NCBI GenBank assembly: GCA_030059665.1
Contig: JANVYR010000002.1
Coordinates: forward strand, 1-64,000
Direction: 5' to 3'
DNA: 64,000 nucleotides
Source of the DNA: Candidatus Calditenuis fumarioli
GTDB lineage: Archaea; Thermoproteota; Nitrososphaeria_A; Caldarchaeales; Calditenuaceae
Numbering within the stretch: position 1 is the first letter of the stretch; every line of letters starts with the position of its first letter. The notes under the pieces were generated by a model that worked only from the letters and a program-made list of their open reading frames with translations, was not told where the DNA came from and searched no databases. Made by a program: the position numbers and the translations under genes. Of this stretch, positions 48,362 to 56,555 are shown piece after piece.

Positions 48362-48525
48362 CCCTCCTATGGCCCTGCGGAACGGCCGGTATTTTTGCAG
48401 AAGGTCGAGGGTTGGGCGAAAGTGGAGCGCGTTGCGCCCTGCTTCCTGAAATCCCTGTCCCGACCTCAGCGCCCCAGCCAGATCCAACCCCACATCGCCT
48501 CTCAAGCCAATACTTTAGCTACCCG

Positions 48526-48633
48526 ATGAGGGACATAAGGAACGTCCTCGACTTCTTCCGGAGGAGGTTCCATGTGGACGTAGACCCCGACGAGAATTCG
48601 GAGCGGGTCATAGCTTCGCTCCTCCAGGTCTGA
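48526..48633 (+). CDS. Possible 35-aa small protein or truncated gene at the island edge
   Basis: MRDIRNVLDFFRRRFHVDVDPDENSERVIASLLQV has host-like codon usage and a weak TATA upstream. It ends where the low-GC island starts. Confidence 0.3.
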   Translation: MRDIRNVLDFFRRRFHVDVDPDENSERVIASLLQV

Positions 48634-48678
48634 CCTCGCAACCCGCTTAGAAAAAATTGTGGCTTATTTCACAGGCTT

Positions 48679-49137
48679 CTATTGGCTCCTGAGCCCATTC
48701 TCTCTTTGCGCTGGAGCTTCCCATGTTTTGAAGGCGGATCTGACGGTAGTCACAAGGTCGTCGTAGTTAGTGTAATATTTGCTTATTCTGAAAACCTCGA
48801 CCCCACAGCTCCTGACCAGCTCCACTATCTCCTTGAGGTCTGATATGGCCTTCTCAAGGCATGCTGGCGGGCACTTGCTGAAGACCCGCTCCACGTCCGC
48901 TAACACTCGTGTCCAATTGGGATAAAAGAATATGTGGACTGCTCCCGGATGGAGGACGAATCCCTGTCTCCCTTTAAGATGGTTCTCGTATCTGCAGTTC
49001 GTCGGTATCTTTGGTGCTGATGGCTCCTCCTTCGGCTCTGGCCCATCGATAACTTCGCCTGTTATCTCGGTCTCCCTCCTTTCCTCGGCTTCAGCATTCA
49101 AGAACTCGTCAAGGGTGAACTGCTTATAATACACCAT
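48679..49137 (-). CDS. Hypothetical protein (island cargo)
   Basis: 152-aa ORF in lower-GC DNA, 6 nt downstream of 49144..49356; no recognisable family. Confidence 0.6.
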   Translation of the reverse strand: MVYYKQFTLDEFLNAEAEERRETEITGEVIDGPEPKEEPSAPKIPTNCRYENHLKGRQGFVLHPGAVHIFFYPNWTRVLADVERVFSKCPPACLEKAISDLKEIVELVRSCGVEVFRISKYYTNYDDLVTTVRSAFKTWEAPAQRENGLRSQ

Positions 49138-49143
49138 ACATCA

Positions 49144-49356
49144 TTACCCAATCTGCGGCTTGACCTCCATCAACCGCTCAAGCATGGGTATGGCATCTGA
49201 TTCCCCTGCCTGAGCCAATATCGCCTTAAGGTGCTTGATGTCGTCGGACTCGATCATCCGTGGTGCCATGACATACTCAACGTCAAAGTATGGCGTCGGG
49301 GCGTGGATGTATATGGGGCCTTTATGCATGAGTTCAATCGTTAGGATGTTAGACAC
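49144..49356 (-). CDS. Small hypothetical protein (island cargo)
   Basis: 70-aa ORF, GTG start, back-to-back (37 nt) with the IS110-like gene. Confidence 0.5.
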   Translation of the reverse strand: MSNILTIELMHKGPIYIHAPTPYFDVEYVMAPRMIESDDIKHLKAILAQAGESDAIPMLERLMEVKPQIG

Positions 49357-49393
49357 AGCTCACATTCCTTATGTACCTGCATTGCGATATGAG

Positions 49394-50611
49394 ATGATAG
49401 GGATGGTCAAAGAGGCAAACCAAGAACATCTCGATTGTAAGCTGAAGGAGAAGGCCCTTGAGCTGTTCAGGAGACTCGAGGAGATATCAGAGCTACCGAG
49501 GTTCCAAGGAGCGACGGTAGATTTCCATCAGAAGAAGCCCGCCACCGTCTTCGTTCCATGGATTCCGACGGTAGCTCAAGTCGAGAACGGAGAACTCCTG
49601 AAGTTCCTCAAGGACAATGACGTCAAGAAAGTTCTGGTGGACGCCCTATGGCCGACGAACGCAGCCATCCTCAAGCAACTCGTCGAGAGCGGGGTCGAGG
49701 TCTGGGTCCTAACCAGACCCTCGGCTCTACACGGATGGCGGAAAAAGCACGAAGGTAAGCCAAAGGGACTCGTGGAGTGGTTGGAAAGACACCACCCAGA
49801 GATCCTAGAAGGGTTCAAGACGGAGGTCAAGAACGACGTTTACGATGCAGTTCTGCTGAGGTATGTAAAGCCGAAGTATCAGCGGAGATTGACGAAGGAG
49901 CATCTGACGTGTTGGGTAAGCATGCTGTTATATCGGTATGCCAGAAGGAATCGTCAGGGACTGCTCCAACAGCTCGACGCTCTACCAGTATCAGAGGACG
50001 AAAGGTCGTGGAGAGTAGAGATGGCCGAGGACTATCTGATGATGGAGGCGACGAACTTCATTCAGATCATCAAGAGTTGCTATCCTAAGATCTGCGAAAT
50101 GTTCAAGGATCTGCGCATCGATGGCGGAGATGTCGTAACACAGGCACTCGTCTGCGACGTGTTCATGGAGATTGATGAGACCAAGAGCTTGACCGAGGTT
50201 TACAGGAAATTCGGACTCATCCCTAAGAAGGATCGAGAAGGTCTGATATATGACGGAGTGGCCAAACACTCCTTAGTTCAGTTGGCCGCGAAGAGACTCG
50301 GGGTTAATCCGAAATACCTGACCGCCGACGAGAAGAGAGCGTTCGTGGAGGAACAGAGGACAACAGTAGAGGTGATCTATAAATGGAAGAGGAAGACGAT
50401 GGGCCTAGGGCCGGACGCCTCGGCGGGGGAGACCCGGGCACGGGCGCTTCGGAATATTAAGTCGCCCCCGCCGTACGGCGGCGAGGCGTACTTCCGTCTA
50501 ATAAGCACCGGCCCGGGCCCCAAACAACCGAGGTCGCCCAGAGCTGACAACAGAAGCTATCCAAACCCCTCCCTCATTTCTTCCTTTCTTGAGCTATGCC
50601 TTGTGGCCTAA
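49394..50611 (+). CDS. IS110-superfamily protein: RuvC-like (DEDD-type) domain, coiled coil and Nop/Tnp-like domain with no evident catalytic Ser
   Basis: ATVDFHQKK (~GIDVHKK), VLVDALWPT (~VxMEATG), VKNDVYDAVLL (~KTDxxDAxxL), SLTEVYRKFGLIP (~QxxAYAGLxP), then KKDREG where IS110 has xxxSG. Start placed at ATG 49394/49403. Confidence 0.65.
   Translation: MIGMVKEANQEHLDCKLKEKALELFRRLEEISELPRFQGATVDFHQKKPATVFVPWIPTVAQVENGELLKFLKDNDVKKVLVDALWPTNAAILKQLVESGVEVWVLTRPSALHGWRKKHEGKPKGLVEWLERHHPEILEGFKTEVKNDVYDAVLLRYVKPKYQRRLTKEHLTCWVSMLLYRYARRNRQGLLQQLDALPVSEDERSWRVEMAEDYLMMEATNFIQIIKSCYPKICEMFKDLRIDGGDVVTQALVCDVFMEIDETKSLTEVYRKFGLIPKKDREGLIYDGVAKHSLVQLAAKRLGVNPKYLTADEKRAFVEEQRTTVEVIYKWKRKTMGLGPDASAGETRARALRNIKSPPPYGGEAYFRLISTGPGPKQPRSPRADNRSYPNPSLISSFLELCLVA
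50401..50520 (+). ncRNA. Structured RNA candidate overlapping the 3' end of the IS110-like ORF
   Basis: Three nested stems: 50401-14/50508-20, 50415-22/50482-89 (perfect 8 bp) and 50423-33/50461-71 (10 of 11). There are 18-nt and 10-nt one-sided bulges and a 27-nt apical loop. Confidence 0.65.
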
Positions 50612-50665
50612 TTCCCTGGGCTTGATGCCCTTTTCTCCCGCGGATGCTCTTCAATAATAGGTTGT

Positions 50666-51537
50666 AGCTCATCTCGTTCTCGTAAGGGATTTATATACTC
50701 TCCTTAGAATTTCCCTTTGGCCATGGACCGAGATGCGGTGAGGTCTGTATTCCTTCCTTCCTGATAGGGAGAGGTTCCTCAACTACCTCAGGAGAATCAG
50801 GTTCAAGGATGGTTTAAAATGCGTCTACTGCAGTTCATCTGATGTCAGGAAGGACGGAAAGGACAAGAACGGATATCAGGTATATGAATGCAATTCATGT
50901 AAGAGGAAGTTCAACGACAATATTCTCCATGGAGACGAAGAGCGTGAATCAGATATCAAAAGGAAAAGGGATTACGAGTCTATACTCAGATTCATCAGGG
51001 AGGTTCAGGAGATCGCTGAGAAGTTGGGAGGGATTAAGTTGGAGGGAATATGCGAGGCAGACGAGGTCTACGTGAACTCAGGCGATAAGGGGGTTAAGGA
51101 CGACAATCCAAGGAGGAGAGGACTATCTGTTAAGGGAAGGGGAACATACGACAGCGACAGGCCTCCTGTGCTAACGCTGGTAAGGAGGTCAGACGGGATG
51201 ACTGAGTTCGTCGTGCTCAGGGACATGAGTCGTGCAGTAGAAGAGATCAGGTCTAGGGCATCTGAAGATTGCGTAATTATAACTGACAAATACCCTGCAT
51301 ACGATAGGCCGGATTCAATTGGAATAAATTACATGAGGATAAATCACTCCGAGAGATATGCAGATGGAGATTAACAGATGCGAGAACAGACATTCTTTTC
51401 TGAGGTCATTCCTATCTAAGTTCAGAGGTGTGAGCAAGAGGTACCTACAGGGATACCTGTCGTTCCTAGCACTATTAATCAACAGGCATACAAGGTGGTT
51501 CAACGCAGTGCTATACCTTACGATGTCGGGATGAGCG
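50666..51537 (+). mobile_element. Decayed IS1595-family (ISH4-like) insertion sequence
   Basis: Imperfect 25-bp TIRs AGCTCATCTCGTTCTCGTAAGGGAT and (revcomp) CGCTCATCCCGACATCGTAAGGTAT match at 19/25; no TSD seen. Confidence 0.8.
50723..51534 (+). pseudogene. IS1595 (ISXO2-like DDE) transposase pseudogene
   Basis: Zinc ribbon CVYC...CNSC, EADEVY, RRRGL..KGRGTYDSDRPPV, ITDKYPAY, INHSERYADGD / INRCENRHSFLR..RGVSK. Frameshifts at a TTCC triplication (~50750), at ~50930-50970 and at ~51372. Confidence 0.88.
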
Positions 51538-51686
51538 TTTCGGTGATTTGAGAAACGGATTGGACGTCTGTTCAAAGCGTGCGAGCCCATGTCCTTGTGG
51601 CCTGAAGCCAGAGAACGTTATGGCCAATTTTTTCGAGGTATTCGGGTCGGACCGAGCTAGACTACGTCCCGATATAAGCAGTTTAA
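51538..51686. repeat. Dispersed ~150-bp repeat, copy B (partner at 29071-29217)
   Basis: Same conserved blocks as copy A; starts at the first base after the IS1595 right TIR. Confidence 0.85.
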
Positions 51687-51756
51687 TCAAATAGGGCCCC
51701 CATTCGTTTTCCGATTTGCCAACCTTGACTATATTCCGGCTCGGCGCTGGACGTCC

Positions 51757-52617
51757 GTGCAGGAGGTCGACGAGCGCTACGTGGCATCGGTCATCCCTCC
51801 CCGCAGGAGGAGCTCGAGGAAGGGAGAGAACGGCGTCGTGCTCTGCGTCGGCGGCAGCCGGCTCTACCACGGCGCTCCTGCGCTGATGGCGATGGCAGCT
51901 TACAGGACCGGTGTCGATCTGGTCTACCTCGCGGTGCCTGAGGTCCACGAGAGGCCGATCAGGTCGATGGCCCCGGAGCTGATCGTGATACCGATGGTGG
52001 ACGCCAAGCTGACGAAGCGCGTCGCGGACCAGGTCCTGAAGTGGTTGCCGGGAAAGCCCAACTCCGCAGCCATAGGACCGGGCCTCTCGGTCGCCAAGGT
52101 GGTCGCCCTGCAGTACCTCGTCGGTCAGCTGCTCGCCGGAGGCGCTTCGGTGGTCCTCGACGCCTCAGCCCTCGTGCCGGAGGTCCTCGAGGTGGTCAAG
52201 GGGAAGAGGGTCGTGCTGACGCCCCACGCCGGTGAGTTCGCCCGGGTCTTCGGGAGGCCACCGGGCACCGCGCTCGAGGAGAGGATCAGATCCGCTCGGG
52301 AGGCTGCTAGGGAGCACGGCGTCGTGGTGCTGCTGAAGGGACCAGTCGACGTGATCACCGACGGCGAACGGTTGCTTGTCAACAGGAGGGGTACCCCTGC
52401 GATGACCGTCGGAGGGACCGGTGACGTCCTCACGGGGATCGTGGCCGGCCTGCTGGCGAAGGGCGTGGAGCCGCTGGAGGCGGCCGCTGCTGCCGCGTTC
52501 ATCAACTGCGTGGCCGGCGAGCTCGCTGAGCGCGACCTAGGCCTGCACGTCCTGCCCACGGACCTGATAGCCCGCCTGCCGGCAGTGATGAGGGCCTTCG
52601 ATCGCGTCGTCGACTGA
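51757..52617 (+). CDS. nnrD: ADP-dependent NAD(P)H-hydrate dehydratase (YjeF C-terminal)
   Basis: SRKGENGVVLCVGGS, AAIGPGL, VLDASAL, LTPHAGEF, LLKGPVD, MTVGGTGDVLTG. Confidence 0.93.
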   Translation: MQEVDERYVASVIPPRRRSSRKGENGVVLCVGGSRLYHGAPALMAMAAYRTGVDLVYLAVPEVHERPIRSMAPELIVIPMVDAKLTKRVADQVLKWLPGKPNSAAIGPGLSVAKVVALQYLVGQLLAGGASVVLDASALVPEVLEVVKGKRVVLTPHAGEFARVFGRPPGTALEERIRSAREAAREHGVVVLLKGPVDVITDGERLLVNRRGTPAMTVGGTGDVLTGIVAGLLAKGVEPLEAAAAAAFINCVAGELAERDLGLHVLPTDLIARLPAVMRAFDRVVD

Positions 52618-52678
52618 GGGCGTTGCGTGAGGATCCAGAGGAAACGCCTATTTACGGTGCGAGTGGCACGTTGAGGGG

Positions 52679-53062
52679 ATGATGGAGCTGACGGGCGAGG
52701 AGATAGTACGGAGGATCGTCAGCGATAAAGCGGCCCTGAGGGAGCTCGCGTACCACCTGGTCTCCGATCCCGATTTGAGGCTGGCCGTGATCAACGCTGT
52801 CTTGGCGGAGGTGGCGACGAGGCATGACCTGAGAGAGGTGCGGCAGGAGCTGGGGCGGTTGAGGGACGAGATCGACAGGCTGAGGGGAGAGATGGATCGG
52901 TTGGGGGACGGAATGAACAGGTTTAGGGACGACATGGACGGGAAGCTCGATGAGCTCAGGAGGGAGATGAGGAGTCTTATCAGGTGGACCATCACGACGG
53001 TCCTCGTCGTCTGGGGCTCGACGGTCCTGCCGGTCATGCTTAGGCTCGCGGGCGTCATCTGA
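52679..53062 (+). CDS. Coiled-coil protein with C-terminal TM helix (CCDC90/DUF1640-like)
   Basis: LRLAVINAVLAEVATRHDL, heptads (DEIDRLRGEMDRL), C-terminal WTITTVLVVWGSTVLP. Confidence 0.7.
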   Translation: MMELTGEEIVRRIVSDKAALRELAYHLVSDPDLRLAVINAVLAEVATRHDLREVRQELGRLRDEIDRLRGEMDRLGDGMNRFRDDMDGKLDELRREMRSLIRWTITTVLVVWGSTVLPVMLRLAGVI

Positions 53063-53104
53063 GCGGCCCTGGCGGATCCGGTACCGTTATGCGCGGAAAG
53101 CGGG

Positions 53105-53180
53105 TGCGGCCGCCGGGATTTGAACCCGGGATCTGCGGGCCGGAGCCCCGCCGTCCTAGTCCAGGCTAGACGACGGCCGC
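53105..53180 (-). tRNA. tRNA-Gly(UCC)-like with a non-canonical anticodon loop
   Basis: 76-nt cloverleaf: acceptor GCGGCCG/CGGCCGC with A73, D-arm GUCU..GGAC, anticodon stem GCGGG/CCCGC, loop GCUCCGG, T-arm CCGGG-UUCAAAU-CCCGG. Confidence 0.88.
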
Positions 53181-53279
53181 GTCCCCGATGGAGGTGCGAG
53201 CAGCATGCTTTAGGCGTAACGGAACGCACCCGCGGTCCCGAGGTGAGGATCAAATCCACGCCCTCTCAGCGCTGAGCGG

Positions 53280-54134
53280 ATGCTGAGGTCGCTGCTCTTC
53301 GTGCCGGCGAACGTCGAGCGCTTCGTGAGGAAGGCCCCAGAGACCGGTGCGGACGCGGTGGTTCTCGACCTCGAGGACTCGGTGCCGGAGGGCGCGAAGG
53401 CGGAGGCCAGGAGAGGGCTCGCGAGGTCCGCGGAGGAGATCAGGAGCAGGTCCGATCAGCTGATTGCTGTCAGGGTCAACTCCGTCGGGAGCGGTCACCT
53501 CGAGGACGACGTGAGGGCTGTCGCGGACTCCTCGATCGGCGTCGTGGTGCTGCCCAAGTGCGAGGGGCCGGAACACGTCAAGAGGTTGCGGGAGCTGGCG
53601 TCGGAGGTCGGCGTTGACCTGAGGGTCATTGCGCTCATCGAGTCGCCCCGTGGGGTTCTCTCCGCTGACCTCATCGCGTCGGTTGATGGCGTGATGGGCC
53701 TCGCCTTCGGCAAGTACGACTACTCGCTCGCGATGGGCATCCTCCCCTCCGCAAACGCCAACGTGCTGGTTCCCAGGTCGCTCGTCGCGATCGCCGCAAA
53801 GGCCCACAACCTCATCGCTGTGGACACGCCGTATGCTGTGCTGAACGACCCGGATGGCCTGAGGGCCGAGGCCTTGGAGGCCAGGAGTCTCGGGTACGAC
53901 GGCAAGTTCGCGGTGCACCCGTCGCAGGTTCCGGTCATCAACGAGGTCTTCTCGCCGTCGGAGAGGGACCTGATCTGGGCCCGGGAGGTCGTTGAGGTCC
54001 TGGAGAGGGCGAGGAGGGAGGGAAGGGCATCGGCCGAGCTGAGGGGCGTGATGGTCGACGAGGTCCACTACCGCATCGCCAAGAGGATACTTGACGGTTG
54101 GTCAGGTCGCGCTCAGTCGGAGAGCGTGAAGTAG
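53280..54134 (+). CDS. CitE/HpcH-family CoA ester lyase (citrate lyase beta-like)
   Basis: RSLLFVPAN, LDLEDSV, AVRVN, LPKCE, LIESPRG, LGYDGKFAVHPSQ, GVMVDEVH. Confidence 0.92.
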   Translation: MLRSLLFVPANVERFVRKAPETGADAVVLDLEDSVPEGAKAEARRGLARSAEEIRSRSDQLIAVRVNSVGSGHLEDDVRAVADSSIGVVVLPKCEGPEHVKRLRELASEVGVDLRVIALIESPRGVLSADLIASVDGVMGLAFGKYDYSLAMGILPSANANVLVPRSLVAIAAKAHNLIAVDTPYAVLNDPDGLRAEALEARSLGYDGKFAVHPSQVPVINEVFSPSERDLIWAREVVEVLERARREGRASAELRGVMVDEVHYRIAKRILDGWSGRAQSESVK

Positions 54135-54844
54135 ACGCGCTTGTTCCTTCGGCCCTTGCTCTCGAAGCCGACGATCTCGATCCTGCCGATCTCTGCCGTG
54201 TTCCGCACGTGCGGCCCTCCGTCGGCCTGCAGGTCTATCCCCTCGATCTCGACGATCCTCCAGACAGGGAGCTCCGGCGGCAGGCGGTCGGCGAGCTTGG
54301 TGATCCCCGGCAATTTCATCGCCTCCTCCCTCGGCATCCACGACACCCTCACGGGTCTCCCCTCGGCCAGCAGGGAGTTGGTCAGGTCCACGAGCCTCCG
54401 AATCAGGTCCCTGTCCAGCGCCTCGAGCGAGAAGTCGACCCTGGACACGTCCGGCTTGACCTGGTTGCCGGTGACCAGCGCACCGGTCTCCCTCGAGACG
54501 ACCGCGGACAACGCGTGGAGGGAGGTGTGCATCCGCATCACCCTGTAGCGCCTCTCCCAGTCGAGCACGCCCTTCACCCTCTCCCCCATTTCTGGCAGCT
54601 CGCCCTCCAGAACGTGCAGTACCCCTCCCTCGACGAACTTCGCCTCGACCACCTTCGAGACGCCCCTGCTGTGCTCCATCGTGCCGGTGTCGCTGACGAG
54701 CCCACCGCCGGTCGGGTGGAACGCGGTTGCGCTGAGCACCACGCCGTCTCCCTGCACCTCGAGCACCTCGGCCTCGAACTCCCGGAGGTAAGAGTCGTCC
54801 AGGTAGAGCAGCTCGGTCTTGCCGTGCTTCAACCCATCCAGCAC
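54113..54844 (-). CDS. alaXM: Free-standing alanyl-tRNA editing protein AlaX-M
   Basis: TELLYLDDSYLREFEA, TAFHPTGGG..SDTG, RMHTSLH (HxxxH), DGGPHV.NTAEIG. Confidence 0.9.
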   Translation of the reverse strand: MLDGLKHGKTELLYLDDSYLREFEAEVLEVQGDGVVLSATAFHPTGGGLVSDTGTMEHSRGVSKVVEAKFVEGGVLHVLEGELPEMGERVKGVLDWERRYRVMRMHTSLHALSAVVSRETGALVTGNQVKPDVSRVDFSLEALDRDLIRRLVDLTNSLLAEGRPVRVSWMPREEAMKLPGITKLADRLPPELPVWRIVEIEGIDLQADGGPHVRNTAEIGRIEIVGFESKGRRNKRVYFTLSD

Positions 54845-55026
54845 CGCGACGTCCCAGATAAATTGGCTTCTCCGGGGGCGTTGCTGGCTCTGAAGGCCTC
54901 TATCGTCCGTGGTGGCGATCAGGGCGAGGCGATCCCTGCGTAACCCGGGAAGAATACCTTCCCCATCCTGCTGCCGCGGTCCCGCATCAACAATATAGCT
55001 CGAGCCCGCGAGTCCGCTGAACGGCG

Positions 55027-55578
55027 ATGACCGGGCTGACGAAGGGCCTCCTCGCGTACCTGTCGTCCGCGGTGGCGCTGGGAAGCCTGCTCTCCGGACC
55101 CACCGCGTACCCCTTTCGCGACCTTCAGCAGGCCATCGTTGCCGAGCTGTACAGGTCCCTTACGTTCTACGTGGCACCGGTCTCCAGCGCCCTCGGCGAC
55201 GGCATCTCCCTCACCCGCTACGGCTTCACCCTGTCCACGTCCCACGGCCTCTACCCGCTCCTGGGTCTGCTGATCGCAGGCCTACTCGCGGGCCTCTGTG
55301 CAGGGAGGTCCGGAAGCGTGGTCGCGCCGCTCCTCGGCTCAGCCCTCGTCTTCGGCCTCTGGCAGCTCACAGGTTTCTACCTCCTCCCCCAGCTCTACGG
55401 GCAGTACGAGTGGGTCGGCGTCCTCAACGGGCTGAACGAGTTCCTCCTCGTCTCGAAGCCGCTTGAGCTCCTCGCCCTCTTCTCGATACCCCTGATAGGT
55501 TCGATCCCTGCAGGGCACCTCATTGACTCGTCCGCCGAGAAACCTCAACCGTTGTTCTACAGAAGTTCGCGACGGTAG
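55027..55578 (+). CDS. Hypothetical membrane protein
   Basis: Four hydrophobic segments; host-like codon usage. Confidence 0.6.
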   Translation: MTGLTKGLLAYLSSAVALGSLLSGPTAYPFRDLQQAIVAELYRSLTFYVAPVSSALGDGISLTRYGFTLSTSHGLYPLLGLLIAGLLAGLCAGRSGSVVAPLLGSALVFGLWQLTGFYLLPQLYGQYEWVGVLNGLNEFLLVSKPLELLALFSIPLIGSIPAGHLIDSSAEKPQPLFYRSSRR

Positions 55579-56300
55579 AACGTCCTCCTCATCTCCTGCA
55601 GAAGAGGTATCTCCTCCAGCTTCCTCTCGTCGAGCAGCTCCCAGTAGATTCCCTCGGGCTTCGGGTTCGGCGGGCACCTGATGGCCCTCCTCTCGGTGAA
55701 GATCGCGTCGACCGGAACGTCGAACGGTTCCCTCGGCAGATCCTCCACCAGCTGGAGCTCGTGAACCGTGGTGAAGATCGGGGTTGAGCCGTCGACTTTA
55801 CCGAAGCTCCTGAGGATCCCGTACTCCAGCTCCGCGTACCCCTCGCCCTTCCCCACCCTCCAGCCCGACGGCGTCACGGCAACCGATCCTATGACGATCA
55901 GGTCTATCCTCGGCAGATCTCTGGGGTGGACCTGCAGACCCAGCCTGAAGGCGCCTGAGATCGTCGAGGCCTGAGAGACCATGCCCTTCGGGATCCTGGA
56001 GGGGTCGAGCAGCAGGAAGCCGCTCCTGATCCTGGGCGTGGGCATGACCAGCAGCTTACCGTCTTGAAGGGCCATCAGCCTCACCGGCCTCTGGGGCGAA
56101 TCTGGGTTCACCTTGACGACCCTCGCGGCCTGGTACTCGTCTGACGAGCGGAGCCTCGCGGCGGCCTCCTCCGCACCCGCGAAGTTAGGGATCCTGCCCT
56201 TAACCGGCAGCGGGAACCTGGCCACGCCCCTCTCCTCCAGCAGCCTCCAGACCCTCTCCCTGACCTCGGCCTTGATGGACCTCGGATCGCGTCCCCGCAC
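55557..56300 (-). CDS. 5-formyltetrahydrofolate cyclo-ligase family protein (MTHFSD-like)
   Basis: GRIPNFAGA, KVNPDSPQ, MPTPRIRSGF, RVGKGEGYAELE, TTVHELQ, HDVPVD-like FDVPVD. Confidence 0.88.
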   Translation of the reverse strand: MRGRDPRSIKAEVRERVWRLLEERGVARFPLPVKGRIPNFAGAEEAAARLRSSDEYQAARVVKVNPDSPQRPVRLMALQDGKLLVMPTPRIRSGFLLLDPSRIPKGMVSQASTISGAFRLGLQVHPRDLPRIDLIVIGSVAVTPSGWRVGKGEGYAELEYGILRSFGKVDGSTPIFTTVHELQLVEDLPREPFDVPVDAIFTERRAIRCPPNPKPEGIYWELLDERKLEEIPLLQEMRRTFYRRELL

Positions 56301-56555
56301 AGCGACCCTCCGGCCAGCGTGACCGGAGTGAGGTATTTTTGATATCTTGCCTGCTGTATTACTACGGCCTATGTGTAGAGGGTTGATGAAAGGATATAAG
56401 GCAGGAGGGTAAGAGTCAGGGTGGCGAGGAGACTCGACAGATGGACTCTGATACTCTACCTTAATGATGGAAAATAAGAAAGCTTCTGAAAGCTGGTGAA
56501 TGGGTTGCTAGAACGTAAAGTTTGAGTAGTTTTCACTGACAACTAATTAGCGAGA

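Noticed and set aside
48362-48930. Replication origin (ORB elements) upstream of cdc6
   Set aside because: Only single weak matches (GTTCCATGTGGAC, TCCAATTGGGA), both inside probable ORFs, with no repeated ORBs or clear unwinding element. An origin disrupted by the island cannot be excluded.
48634-50665. TIGR-type or CRISPR tandem array next to the RuvC-Nop protein
   Set aside because: No periodic repeat-spacer pattern was visible on either side. No CRISPR array or cas gene was seen anywhere in the window.
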